Both the position numbers and the translations under genes were made by a program. From assembly GCA_964291265.2 (NCBI GenBank), contig OZ219747.1, positions 3,744,001-3,808,000 of the forward strand: a DNA stretch of 64,000 nt. Direction: 5' to 3'. Under the pieces are notes generated by a model. The model did not search any database and was not told the origin of the DNA. It worked only from the letters and a program-made list of their open reading frames with translations. Source of the DNA: Alphaproteobacteria bacterium. Its GTDB lineage: Bacteria; Pseudomonadota; Alphaproteobacteria; SP197. Position 1 is the first letter of the stretch; each line of letters begins with the position of its first letter. Below, one piece after another: positions 32,064 to 42,317 of this stretch.

Positions 32064-33730
32064 GGGTGTGAGTTTAGTATGGCAGTTATGTTATGGTCTT
32101 AAGTTATGGACTTAGTTCCATTGTTTTATCTCATGCGGCCAGCGCCTGGGTGTGATGTGGGCTGATGTTGTCGTTGGCTGGTGCGTTGTCGCCCTCGATC
32201 ATGGCGGTCCACGCGCTTTCGAAGCGGCCTGATTTGAGCAGGGCGCGGAAGGTGAGAACGGCTTGTCCGCCGACGATGCGCCAGCGCATGCCGGAGCGCT
32301 TCATGCGCTGTGTGACGAGGGTCTTGTTGGCTGCCTCGACCAGTCCCGAGCCGATGGCGATCCCCTGTTGCTTCAGCGCGTGGTAGCGCATGCGGTGGCG
32401 ATGCTTGCGGAAGAAGGCCAGTTCCCTGTCGATGTCGGCTCGGCCCACCGGCTTGGCGGTGTCGCGAAGGTGGCGCAGCGCCCGGATCACCCTGTCGATG
32501 CCGCGGGGGTCGTGACGCAGGATCTCGCGGTACTTCTCGAACCAGTGGGGCGCCGCTGCATGGTCGGCCACCACGCGCAGATGCTCGCAGGCATGCCAGA
32601 AGTCGATCACCTCGGTTTCGGGTTCAAGACCAGAGAGGAAGGTCCAGTTGTCGGCGGCGGCGTCGGCGATGGCGCTGATCCTGATCTCGGGACGCTCGCG
32701 CCTGATATGCGCGACCTCGCTTGCCAGCTGCGCCTTCAGCGTGCACTTGCCGCGCTCGGGCATGCGGCCGAGATAGACGGTCTTCAGGCGCTCACCGTCG
32801 GCATCGTGGAAGGAGACTGTGCCACAGGCCGCCTCGCGCCAGCAGGCCTCGCTACGGCCGTCCTCGCCGGCCCGCAGCGCCACCATGACGCCGTCGAGCG
32901 AGACCGAGGCGGTGACCGCGTCCTGCGGAATGTCCTCGGCTTTCCGGATGCCATCCAGGGCCTGCGGGCCGAGACGTCCCCAACGCTCCTGCATGGTCAG
33001 GCTCAAGCGCTGCAAGGTGCTCACAGACGGCGTCATGGCGCCGAGCTTGCCGAAGAACGCCTCCGCTTCCCGCGCCGTGCAGTGGACCATCATCATCAGC
33101 CCAAGCTGAGCCGCCGGCCGTGTCAGGTCGTCGTCGACGAGACCCAGGCTTTCGTCCACCGGCATCAACGACCGGCAGTGCCCGCCGGTGCGATAGCGCG
33201 CACGCCGAAAGGTCACCGGGCCGAGCGAGGTCATGATCGTCTTCGGCGTCGGCGCCACACGGAACCAGTTCTGCCCGTCCCGCTCGATCCGGGGCGCACC
33301 GTCGTCCCGGGCCTCGGCACAGGCACCCAGGATCTCGCAGCCAAGCGCGTGCACGCTCTCAAGCACCCGCCGCTCCGCTTCCTCGAAAGCCTCGGCAGAG
33401 CGCTCTGAACCGAGCTGTCGATGACACACCGCGGTCACTTGCGTGACCGCCTCGACAACCCGAGGCGGCAAGCCGAGAAGATCGATGGACGCGGAAGGCC
33501 GAAGCTGTGACACTGACATGGGAGCGCTCCTGATGTTGTGGTTTCAAGCTAGCATCATATCGCATCTTGCGGTGCGGAGCGTTCCCGCATCCACCGCCAA
33601 GCCCTGCTGTCGTGACAAAATCCGGCCCTGAAACGGGCAATTGTCACGAAACCCCATTTTCGCCGTTCCATCGCGAACGCACAACCGTGATAAATCAATG
33701 ACTTGGCTTCGCCATACGAGAACTACATCC
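32064..33730 (-). mobile_element. ISKra4-family insertion sequence
   Basis: Ends GGGTGTGAGTTTAGTATGG (32064) and inverse GGATGTAGTTCTCGTATGG (33730); no TSD; flanks are unrelated truncated genes. Confidence 0.75.
32131..33519 (-). CDS. ISKra4-family (UPF0236) transposase, intact, 462 aa
   Basis: SLDGVMV, IADAAADNW, IDFWHACEHL, IGSGLVEAANK, RMKRSGMRW. Confidence 0.85.
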   Translation of the reverse strand: MSVSQLRPSASIDLLGLPPRVVEAVTQVTAVCHRQLGSERSAEAFEEAERRVLESVHALGCEILGACAEARDDGAPRIERDGQNWFRVAPTPKTIMTSLGPVTFRRARYRTGGHCRSLMPVDESLGLVDDDLTRPAAQLGLMMMVHCTAREAEAFFGKLGAMTPSVSTLQRLSLTMQERWGRLGPQALDGIRKAEDIPQDAVTASVSLDGVMVALRAGEDGRSEACWREAACGTVSFHDADGERLKTVYLGRMPERGKCTLKAQLASEVAHIRRERPEIRISAIADAAADNWTFLSGLEPETEVIDFWHACEHLRVVADHAAAPHWFEKYREILRHDPRGIDRVIRALRHLRDTAKPVGRADIDRELAFFRKHRHRMRYHALKQQGIAIGSGLVEAANKTLVTQRMKRSGMRWRIVGGQAVLTFRALLKSGRFESAWTAMIEGDNAPANDNISPHHTQALAA

Positions 33731-33970
33731 GGCGGCGGCCCCGGCGTCGAGAAGATCGCCGCCAGCTGGGCCGAGCGCAACGGCGTCCACCAGGTCGTCT
33801 GCAAGCCCAACTGGGACCGCCACGGTCGCGCCGCCCCCTTCCGCCGCAACGACGAACTGCTCAACCTCCTGCCCAGGGGCGTCATCGCCTTCCCCGGCTC
33901 CGGCATCACCGACAACCTCGTCGACAAGGCCCGCAGCCTCGGCATCCCGGTCATGCGCTGCCCCGCCTGA
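33731..33970 (+). pseudogene. DUF2493/YspA-like SLOG protein, C-terminal fragment
   Basis: GGGPGVEKIAASWA..KPNWDRHGRAAPFRRNDELL..GVIAFPGSGITDNLVDKAR..GIPV. Confidence 0.7.
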
Positions 33971-34936
33971 CACGCAGCACCCACGGGCCGCGTCGTCTCC
34001 GCTCCGGCGGCGGCGCGGTCCGTCTCCGTATGCGCACACCCGTCGCGCTGCGCCGCCGACACCTCGCGCGCGCTTCGCGCCGCGTTCGTGCGGAGCCTGC
34101 CCCGGACTGCGGTCCGGGGCTGCCGCATCACGCGCCGCTGCACCATGCTTCGCATGGGTGCATCGCGGGCTGCGCCGAGCCCGGCGCAGGGCCGCCGGCA
34201 CTGCTGACCCGCCCACTGCCGGCGCTGCTGCCGGACCAGCACGACACCGTGCTTCGCACCGCTGCCCGCAGTCCTGCAGGCGCCGCCGTCGGCGCCTCCG
34301 ATCGCAACGGCTATCGCAACCGTCACCGCACCCGCGCGGCTGACGCCGCGGTAACGGGTGCGCCATCCCCGTCTGCGTCTGCGGTAATGTGTGAGCAGCA
34401 CGCGATCACCCTGAACAGCCCCGCTTTCGTCCAGCACGCCTGTATCGCGGTAACATGTGCGCGGCGTCCTTCGGCTCCGCGGAACATGTGCGGCGGCGCC
34501 CGTGCCGCCGAGGTAACGCCGCCGGCTCCGGTGCGCCATGTGTGAAGACTGCCCTCCGCCGTTTGCACGCCGCGCCGCGTTCTGTTACCTCTGCCACCGA
34601 ACGACAACGCGGAACGCGCTCGAAGATCGCGGACCGGTCGTCTCGCTCAATCGCCGCGACGGCTCCCGTCCCTTGCGACGCCGGCGTTTCAGGCGATGGT
34701 GGTGTGCAGGGCAACCTCGCCCGATCTCGACTCCGTTCGGGGTTTTACCGTCACACCCGACGCACCGAGGGTGCAAGTCCAGCATGCGGCCATGTGCCTG
34801 GAATCAAGTCTCGGCCTTGAGGATCAGCCGCGATTCCGCGACCGGGCGAAACTGTCGGGCATCGGCGGCGATCTGGTCTCGTCGCCGGTGTTCAGGAAGG
34901 CACCCTGCAGGCTGCATCACGGCCCGAGGGCCTGCA

Positions 34937-35692
34937 TCAGGCGGTCGCGGCGCGGAGATGCCTGCGGTCGACATGAACGTCGGGCCTGTTGCGGGAGGCC
35001 GGACCGACCCAGCGGTCGACGAACGCCTCGGTCCATCTCTGGATGTCCGCTTCGTGGAGATGCGCGAGGCGGACCTGTTCGTCGACACCCTGGGCGCCCT
35101 CCACGTCGATGAGCGAATCGCCGGCAATCGCTTCCGGGGTCAGCCTGTCCAGCCTGGCGTCGGGATGGAACTGCACACCGTAGGCGGTGTCGCCGACACG
35201 GAAGGCCTGGACGGGAAAGTTCTCACCCGTTGCCAGCAGAACAGCCCCTGCCGGCAGGGTCATGACGCCTTCGTAGTGGGCCTGGTAGAAACACCGCGAA
35301 TAGCGGAAGAGACTGGCTCCCTCCGCCGTGGGCTCCACGGGATAGAATCCGAGTTCGCACAGGCCATCGGCCCGCCCGCCCACCTCCCCGCCACAGGCTG
35401 CGGCCAGAATCTGGCACCCCATGCAGATGCCGAGAAAGGGGATGTCCCTTGCCAGGACATCGCGGACAAGGGCGATTTCCCTTCCCACCCAGGGTGGATC
35501 GTCGGGCTCGGCGACGTGGCCGTCCTCGCTGCCTCCCACCATGACGGCTGCATAGCCATCGAGTGCGGGAAGATCGTCGCCGAAGGGAGGGCACACATGA
35601 TCGATGGCGTATCCCCTGGTCTCGAGCGTGTCGGCGACCCGGCAATCGGTCCATGCCGGATTGTGGATGATGTAGAGGACCTTCGATGTCAT
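34937..35692 (-). CDS. class I glutamine amidotransferase-like protein
   Basis: PFLGICMGCQILA nucleophile elbow and YGVQFHPD. Confidence 0.85.
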   Translation of the reverse strand: MTSKVLYIIHNPAWTDCRVADTLETRGYAIDHVCPPFGDDLPALDGYAAVMVGGSEDGHVAEPDDPPWVGREIALVRDVLARDIPFLGICMGCQILAAACGGEVGGRADGLCELGFYPVEPTAEGASLFRYSRCFYQAHYEGVMTLPAGAVLLATGENFPVQAFRVGDTAYGVQFHPDARLDRLTPEAIAGDSLIDVEGAQGVDEQVRLAHLHEADIQRWTEAFVDRWVGPASRNRPDVHVDRRHLRAATA

Positions 35693-38355
35693 GGCGCGTT
35701 CCCTCCCTGGGAGACATCAAGGCGCACCAGGGCCTCCTCGAGGCGACCGCGTGCGTGGAGCGCCGCCTCGAGGCGTTCACGCTGTTCCTCCACGACCTCT
35801 TCCGGGGCCCTGGAGAGGAACTGCTCGTTGCCGAGCTTGCGTTCCATGGCGGCAATCGATGTTCCCGTCCTGTCGATTTCCTTCTTCAATCTGACCATCT
35901 CGGCATCGATGTCAATGACGCCCTCAAGGGGCAACGACACGACCGCGCCATCGAACACCGCCTCCACCGAGCCCGGCGGAGGTGTCCCGCCGATGGTGAG
36001 TTCATCGAGGCGCGCCAGGCGCTTGATGAGGACCATGTGACGCTCGATGAGGCGCGCGAGCTTGTCATCGGCATCACGCACCAGGGCTGTGATCCGGCGT
36101 GCCGGAGGAACATTAAGTTCGGCCCTCACCGTCCTGATCAGCGTGACGAGACGCACCACCTGGTCCATCTCGTGAGCCGCACTTTCGTCAATCAGCCCGG
36201 AACCCACTGCCGGCCAGGGGGCCTCGATGAGCAGCGTCTCGCGATCGCCGTCTGTCTCGCGCCACAGGGCCTCCGTCACGAAGGGCATCAAGGGGTGAAG
36301 AATCGTCAACAGCTGATCGAGCACCCAGCCGGTGGTCTGCCTGGTTTCGGCCGCCGGGCCTTCGTCGCCCTTCTCGAAGATCGGCTTGGTGAATTCCAGG
36401 TACCAGTCACAGAAGACATTCCAGATTCCCTGATAGACAGCCTGGGCAGCGTCGTTGAACCGGTAGGCTTCCAGAGCCTCGTCGAACCGCATGCGAAGGC
36501 CCGCCACCTCACCCACCATCCACCGGTTCACCGTTTCCCTGCACGTCTGCGGATCAAAGCCGGGGCCGGCGTGGCAATCGTTCATCTTGCAATAGCGCGC
36601 CGCGTTCCACAGCTTGGTGGCAAAGTTCCGGTATCCCTCGACCCGCTGTTCCGAGAGGCGGATGTCGCGACCGGGTGCAGCCATCGCGGCCAGCGTGAAC
36701 CGCAGGGAATCGGCGCCGTAGACCTCCATCAGTTCCAGGGGATCGATGACGTTGCCCTTCGACTTCGTCATCTTGGCGCCGGCAGCGTCACGCACCAGGG
36801 CATGGATGTAGACGGTGCGAAAGGGAACATCACCCATGAAGTGAAGACCCATCATCATCATCCGAGCAACCCAGAAGAAAATGATGTCAAAGCCTGTCAC
36901 GAGCACATCGGTGGGATAGTAGCGCTCGAGCTCGGGCGTCTCCTCGGGCCAACCGAGGGTCGAGAAGGGCCAGAGGGCCGAGGAGAACCAGGTGTCGAGC
37001 ACGTCATTGTCACGCTCGAGGTCCACGTCTTCACCATAGTGCAGGCGTGCCCTGTCATGGGCCTCGCCAGCAGTCTCCGCCACGAAGATCTCGCCGTCGG
37101 GTCCGTACCACGCGGGGATGCGATGCCCCCACCAGAGCTGCCGGGAAATGCACCACGGCTGGATGTTGTGCATCCAGTGGTCATAGGTCTTGGTCCACTT
37201 CTCCGGGAAGAAGCGGGTCCGTCCCTCCTCCACGGCCTTGATGGCCGGGCCGGCAAGGGTGCGCGCATCCGCGTACCACTGTTCGGTCAGGTACGGCTCG
37301 ACCGGCACACCGCTGCGGTCACCGTAGGGAACGGTGTGCACGTGCTCTTCGATCCGCTCGACGAGACCGGCTGCCTCCATGTCGGCGACGACCTTCCTGC
37401 GGGCCGCGATGCGGTCGAGACCGCGGTAGGGAACGGGCACGTTGTCATTGAGCCGGGCTCGCCGATCAAGGATGCTGATCATCTCGAGATCATGGCGGCG
37501 GCCGACGTCAAAATCGTTGAAATCGTGCGCCGGCGTGATCTTGACGGCTCCGCTTCCCTGTTCCGGGTCGGCCCATGTATCTGCAACGACCGGGATTCTC
37601 CGCCCCACCAGGGGGAGGACGGCGTGGCGCCCCACCAGCGCCGCATGACGATCATCATCGGGATGGACGGCGATGCCGGTATCGCCGAGCATGGTTTCGG
37701 GACGGGTGGTGGCAATCGTCACGTGCAAACCATCGGTTCCCTCGACAGGATACCGGAAGTACCAGAGGTGACCGCGTGTCTCCCTGAACTGGACCTCAAG
37801 GTCCGAAATCGCCGTTTCCAGGCCGGGGTCCCAGTTGACGAGCCGCTTGTCCCGGTAGATGAGGCCCTCTTCATGGAGGGTCACGAAGGCCTTGATGACA
37901 GCCTTCGAAAGACCCTCGTCCATGGTGAAGCGTTCACGCGACCAGTCGGCGGAAGCACCCAGGCGGCGAAGCTGCCGATTGATGAGTCCGCCCGATTCCT
38001 CCTTCCACTCCCAGATCCTCTCGATGAAGGCCTCGCGGCCGATATCACGCCGCGCGACCCCTTCCTCGCCGAGCTGCCGCTCGACAACCATCTGTGTCGC
38101 AATTCCGGCGTGGTCCGTGCCCGGTTGCCACAACGCATCGCGGCCCCTCATGCGTTCATGACGGATGAGGATATCCTGCAGGGTATTGTTGAGGGCATGG
38201 CCCATGTGCAGGCTGCCCGTCACGTTGGGGGGGGGGATGACAATGGTGTAGGGCCGGGCATTGTCCCGCCTGCCGATGGCAAAGGAACCACCGTCCTCCC
38301 ACTCCTCGTAGAGACGGCCTTCCGCCGATGTCGCATCCCAGTTCTTCTGCATCAT
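35689..38355 (-). CDS. valS: valine--tRNA ligase
   Basis: PPPNVTGSLHMGH, GTDHAGIATQ, KMTKSKGN, C-terminal coiled coil. Confidence 0.97.
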   Translation of the reverse strand: MMQKNWDATSAEGRLYEEWEDGGSFAIGRRDNARPYTIVIPPPNVTGSLHMGHALNNTLQDILIRHERMRGRDALWQPGTDHAGIATQMVVERQLGEEGVARRDIGREAFIERIWEWKEESGGLINRQLRRLGASADWSRERFTMDEGLSKAVIKAFVTLHEEGLIYRDKRLVNWDPGLETAISDLEVQFRETRGHLWYFRYPVEGTDGLHVTIATTRPETMLGDTGIAVHPDDDRHAALVGRHAVLPLVGRRIPVVADTWADPEQGSGAVKITPAHDFNDFDVGRRHDLEMISILDRRARLNDNVPVPYRGLDRIAARRKVVADMEAAGLVERIEEHVHTVPYGDRSGVPVEPYLTEQWYADARTLAGPAIKAVEEGRTRFFPEKWTKTYDHWMHNIQPWCISRQLWWGHRIPAWYGPDGEIFVAETAGEAHDRARLHYGEDVDLERDNDVLDTWFSSALWPFSTLGWPEETPELERYYPTDVLVTGFDIIFFWVARMMMMGLHFMGDVPFRTVYIHALVRDAAGAKMTKSKGNVIDPLELMEVYGADSLRFTLAAMAAPGRDIRLSEQRVEGYRNFATKLWNAARYCKMNDCHAGPGFDPQTCRETVNRWMVGEVAGLRMRFDEALEAYRFNDAAQAVYQGIWNVFCDWYLEFTKPIFEKGDEGPAAETRQTTGWVLDQLLTILHPLMPFVTEALWRETDGDRETLLIEAPWPAVGSGLIDESAAHEMDQVVRLVTLIRTVRAELNVPPARRITALVRDADDKLARLIERHMVLIKRLARLDELTIGGTPPPGSVEAVFDGAVVSLPLEGVIDIDAEMVRLKKEIDRTGTSIAAMERKLGNEQFLSRAPEEVVEEQRERLEAALHARGRLEEALVRLDVSQGGNAP

Positions 38356-38646
38356 GTCGCGTTCCACATCACACCCGAACGGCCGGGTGAACTCTGCCAT
38401 CGAGGGAAAAGGCCATTGTCCGGACACGTCCCGGGATCCAGCTTCACGGTGAAACTGGCGTCGCTGGTCCCCGGCCCGACATTCGTTCCCCGCACGGCGG
38501 AACCGAGACATCCGAACCCTGCGGCGCCGTCATCCCTGGACGATGAAGCGGGCCCTGACCACCTGTCAGCCATGACGGCATGCATGGCGGGACTGCCCAT
38601 CGCAGCAGCAAGGTTGCGCGAGGGTCGGCGCTCTCGCTCCCACAGG

Positions 38647-38982
38647 TCAACCGCGGCGGTCCATCAGACCACGAACCTCTCGCTCGACGACTCGTGCGAC
38701 AATGTCCGGCAGATGCTCTCCAAGCCAGTCCCGCACCATCGGCCTGATCTGTTCCACGACCATCTCTTCCAGCACCTCGGCGCGCCCTGGCGGCATGGCC
38801 GGGACAGCGCCTGATCCCGTCGTGTCCGCCACCGCATCAGCCGCCGGTGCATCGATGGTGTCGTCTGAAGCGTTCGAATCTTCCGGCAAACCGGCTTGAG
38901 GGGCGTCCTCGACAGGGTCGGCCTCCATCATGCCCCGAACGGCCTCGAGGGCCTCGCTCACCGGCTTGTCCCGACTCGTCAT
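38647..38982 (-). CDS. PopZ-like / DUF2497 protein
   Basis: Acidic linker and C-terminal LEEMVVEQIRPMVRDWLGEHLPDIVARVVEREV; lies between valS and tolC. Confidence 0.75.
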   Translation of the reverse strand: MTSRDKPVSEALEAVRGMMEADPVEDAPQAGLPEDSNASDDTIDAPAADAVADTTGSGAVPAMPPGRAEVLEEMVVEQIRPMVRDWLGEHLPDIVARVVEREVRGLMDRRG

Positions 38983-39003
38983 GAGGTCCCCCGCCCACGC
39001 GTT

Positions 39004-40368
39004 TCACTCGAACCAGTCATCCGCACGGATCGTGTTGTCGCCATACCCCCACAGCGTGGACCGCGCCTCCTCATGGTAGGCGCGCTCGTCGTAGACCGCG
39101 ACCGGCAATCCCAGGCTGCGCACGTTCAGCCGACCGGTCGCTGCCAGCAACTCGTGGGCTGCCGTCACCTCTTCGCTGCGGGCGCGGGCGAGGCTGACCT
39201 CACTGATGAAGAGCGCCTGTTCGGCATCGAGCACGGCCAGCACCGTGCTCAATCCGGCCTGCAGTTCGTTGGAGACGCCTTCCAGCGCCGTCGCATTGGC
39301 CGCGACCTCTTCCTCGAAGGCCGCGATTTCGGCGCGAACCACCTTGAGGGACTGCCAGGCGCTCACGACACCGGCCTCCACCTGCCTGCGGACGCCGTGG
39401 ACTTCCTGCTTGAGGGCAGCTGACCTCTGTTGTGCTTCCCGGGTCCGGGCCGAAACCAGTCCGCCCCGATAGATAGGCACGACAAAGCGGGTCAGAACAC
39501 GGAAGTCATCGCGCCAGACATGTTCGAGGCCGGTGGCGTCCTTCACCCGCCTGAATTCCGCCCTCAAGTTCAGCGACGGCCCGAGGTCGGAGGCTATGAC
39601 ATCGGCATTCTTCCACGCCGCCCTTTCATCCTCGACGGCCCGCAAGACAGCGGGGTGTTCCGACACGGCGCGCGCCGTGGCTTCTTCAAGGCTTGTCGGC
39701 AGACTCTCTGGCACAGCCGGCTGCACGAGGTTGTCGGGAACGACGCCGACAACCTGCCGGAACCGCGCCGACACCGTCAGCACCTGACCCTGTGCCCGTT
39801 CCCTGTCCGCGCGCGCACCGGCCAGTCGCGCCCGCGCCTGGGCCACGTCGGTCAGGGTGAAGAGGCCCAGGCGGAAACGATCCTCTGTCGCCTCGAGGTG
39901 GCGCTCCAGTCTCTGCTCGTTGCTGATCGCACGATCGAGGATGGTGTGCGCCAGGACCACATCCGCGTAAGTCCGTGCGACATCCAGCAGGACACGTTGT
40001 TCGACATCGGCCAGACCGGCGCGCGCACTTCCCACGACGTGCGCCACCTGATCGATGCCGGCAGAGACGGCGCCATGATAGAGCACCTGGTCGACACCGA
40101 TGGACCAGGAGGCCGGTTTGGTACTCCCGAAACTCTCGTGTTCCCTCAGTCCGAAGTCCCCCTGGAGAGAGAGCGAGGGACGCGTTTCGGCGTAGGCCCG
40201 GGCTGCCTGCTCATCGGCAACTCTCACACGTGCCCGGGCTGCTTCGAGCACCGGGCTGCCCTCGTAGGCCATGGTCATGGCCTCGACGAGAGTCTGGGAG
40301 GATGACGGCCAGGACAACGCCAGCACGGTGGCGATGACGAACGCTCTACAAGCGGAATTCAGGTTCAT
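39004..40368 (-). CDS. tolC: TolC-family outer membrane protein
   Basis: Signal peptide, TLVEAM..P.LEAARA, TLTDVAQARARL, TVLAVLDAEQ. Confidence 0.88.
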   Translation of the reverse strand: MNLNSACRAFVIATVLALSWPSSSQTLVEAMTMAYEGSPVLEAARARVRVADEQAARAYAETRPSLSLQGDFGLREHESFGSTKPASWSIGVDQVLYHGAVSAGIDQVAHVVGSARAGLADVEQRVLLDVARTYADVVLAHTILDRAISNEQRLERHLEATEDRFRLGLFTLTDVAQARARLAGARADRERAQGQVLTVSARFRQVVGVVPDNLVQPAVPESLPTSLEEATARAVSEHPAVLRAVEDERAAWKNADVIASDLGPSLNLRAEFRRVKDATGLEHVWRDDFRVLTRFVVPIYRGGLVSARTREAQQRSAALKQEVHGVRRQVEAGVVSAWQSLKVVRAEIAAFEEEVAANATALEGVSNELQAGLSTVLAVLDAEQALFISEVSLARARSEEVTAAHELLAATGRLNVRSLGLPVAVYDERAYHEEARSTLWGYGDNTIRADDWFE

Positions 40369-41002
40369 GTCTGAAACAGTCCAGTGGTGGGAGGAAGGCA
40401 TCGAAAAGGACCCGCCGGCTCAGGTTGCCAGCGGCGTCACGGCGAATCACCACGGCGCGTCCGACGGCGGCGTCGCTGCACACAGCGACGAGTCGGCCAC
40501 CCGGGGACAGCTGTTCGGTCAGGGCGCGCGGCACCTCGTCGCACCGTCCCTCGATGACGATGACGTCATAGGGAGCCTGCTTCGGCCAGCCCAGTCGCAT
40601 GTCGCCACAAACGACGACGCCATTGTAGACCTCGAGACGGGCGAGAGTGGCCTCGGCCCTGGAAATCATGTCCGCATCGTCGTCGAGGCCCACCACGGCT
40701 GCAGCCAGGCGCGCCGTCACGGCAACGCCGTATCCAGTGGTGCAACCGATGACGAGGACGGCGTCGTCGGGTCCGATATCGCTCGCCTGCAGGAGACGGG
40801 CCAGCACCATCGGCTCGGTCAGGTAGCGATTGCCTGCAAGACGGATATCCTCGTCGACATAGGCAACGCCGCGCAGGTGTTCCGGCACGAACAGTTCCCG
40901 CGGCACCTCACGCAGCGCCTCGATGAGGTTTTCTTCGTCCACCCTTACCGAGCGGATCTGGTTCTCCACCATGACCTGACGAGCATTCGCAAACTCGATC
41001 AT
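40346..41002 (-). CDS. pcm: protein-L-isoaspartate O-methyltransferase
   Basis: ARQVMVENQIR..VPRELFVP..VLVIGCTTGY..APYDVIVIEG..QLSPGGRL. Confidence 0.88.
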   Translation of the reverse strand: MIEFANARQVMVENQIRSVRVDEENLIEALREVPRELFVPEHLRGVAYVDEDIRLAGNRYLTEPMVLARLLQASDIGPDDAVLVIGCTTGYGVAVTARLAAAVVGLDDDADMISRAEATLARLEVYNGVVVCGDMRLGWPKQAPYDVIVIEGRCDEVPRALTEQLSPGGRLVAVCSDAAVGRAVVIRRDAAGNLSRRVLFDAFLPPLDCFRHEPEFRL

Positions 41003-41125
41003 CGCGCAACTTCAGTATCCAAGAGGCCTGACCCCGCCCGGGCGAGGCGGCACTTCGCAAGCAATCAAGACGGCAGTATAGTGGATGGCCGCATTGTGTG
41101 GAAGAGTGTCCCGCAAGGCGGCAGG

Positions 41126-41199
41126 GGCTAGGTGGCAGAGTGGTGATGCACCGGACTGCAAATCCGTTTACACCGGTTCGATTCCGGTCCTAGCCTCCA
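41126..41199 (+). tRNA. tRNA-Cys (GCA)
   Basis: GGCTAGG/CCTAGCC acceptor stem, CTGCAAA anticodon loop, GGTTCGATTCC T arm, encoded CCA. Confidence 0.96.
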
Positions 41200-41217
41200 C
41201 GCTTCCCTGGCCGATCA

Positions 41218-42309
41218 TCAGTCCACCGGCGGCTCATCACCGGCAATGGCGCAGAAGTAGTCGCCATGGCGAACCAGGCGGTGACTGCGCCGCGTGTAGA
41301 GGCATCCCGCGACCGGAGCGGTCACCGGATGGCGTGCGCCGCTGGCTGGATCGAGGATGTGGGCCAATGTCTGACCCCGGGCGACGTGCTTGCCGAGCGC
41401 TTCGGTATAGATGACGATGCCGCCAGCCTTGGCCTGAAGTCGCCGCAGACCGGCAACCGAACGCGCCTGGCACCTTGGCGGCGGGAGAGGTCCCGGCTCT
41501 CCACCAACGATGCCGCGGCGGCGGAGCCAGCGCAGCAACCCGCGTGCTGCGGGCAGGGTCAGGTGATCGTCGACATCCCTCTGCCCGCGCAGCTCGAGAA
41601 CCGCGGCAAGACAGCCCGGTCGTTCGAGGCTCGCCGGAAATTGCCTGGCGATTCCCTGCCAGAAGAGGACATGGGCCGACTTGAAGGTCATCATCGGGTT
41701 GCCGTCGTCAATGATCACCACCTCGCTTTCCATGTCCCGGGCGAGGTCCCCGGCGTCAGGCCAGTGGAGGGAACTGACAAACAGGTGCGGCAGCGCCTCC
41801 CAGGCCGTGTGAAGGTCGAGGACGTAGTCGCTGTCCAGAGACAGGCGCAACAGGGTCGACTTCAGGACATCGTCCTCACGCAGTACCCGCCGGCGTTCCA
41901 GAACTTCGAGGGCCGCCCGTCTCACCCTTGCAACACTGACGTCATGGCCGCCGTCAAGGCGACCGGTCACGACGTGCACCACCTCGTCCAGGATATCGGG
42001 AAAGCCGCGGTTGTAGTTTCGCCCCGTATCGAGGTCGTAGCGCCCCGGGGTCTCCATCATGACCTGCTGCGCCAGGCCAATCGGGTTGGCAAAGGGCACG
42101 ATGACCACCTCTCCCCTGACATCGGCGTCACGCAGCATGCCGACCAGGTGATCGAGGACGACGATGCCGGGAAGCTCCTGGGCATGGAGCGCCGCGTGAA
42201 GGTAGGCCTTGGGCCGCGAGCCCGGTTCGCCGAAGCGGTGGACGACGATGCTCCGCCGGGTCCCGGGACTTGTCCGGGGGAGCTCGATGATCTCCTGCCT
42301 GCAGACCAC
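41218..42309 (-). CDS. succinylglutamate desuccinylase/aspartoacylase (M14) family protein
   Basis: YLHAALHAQELPG, VPFANPIG, NYNRGF, VLDLH, VLELRG; start uncertain. Confidence 0.85.
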   Translation of the reverse strand: MVCRQEIIELPRTSPGTRRSIVVHRFGEPGSRPKAYLHAALHAQELPGIVVLDHLVGMLRDADVRGEVVIVPFANPIGLAQQVMMETPGRYDLDTGRNYNRGFPDILDEVVHVVTGRLDGGHDVSVARVRRAALEVLERRRVLREDDVLKSTLLRLSLDSDYVLDLHTAWEALPHLFVSSLHWPDAGDLARDMESEVVIIDDGNPMMTFKSAHVLFWQGIARQFPASLERPGCLAAVLELRGQRDVDDHLTLPAARGLLRWLRRRGIVGGEPGPLPPPRCQARSVAGLRRLQAKAGGIVIYTEALGKHVARGQTLAHILDPASGARHPVTAPVAGCLYTRRSHRLVRHGDYFCAIAGDEPPVD

Positions 42310-42317
42310 GGGCCGGC

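Noticed and set aside
35686-38814. 1042-aa plus-strand ORF and other long antisense ORFs (5377-6720 extension, 50326-53658)
   Set aside because: Shadow frames of valS, the integrases and soxA in high-GC DNA, with no recognisable motifs
41126-41199. tRNA-Cys as the island integration site
   Set aside because: No duplicate of its 3' end was seen and no integrase is adjacent
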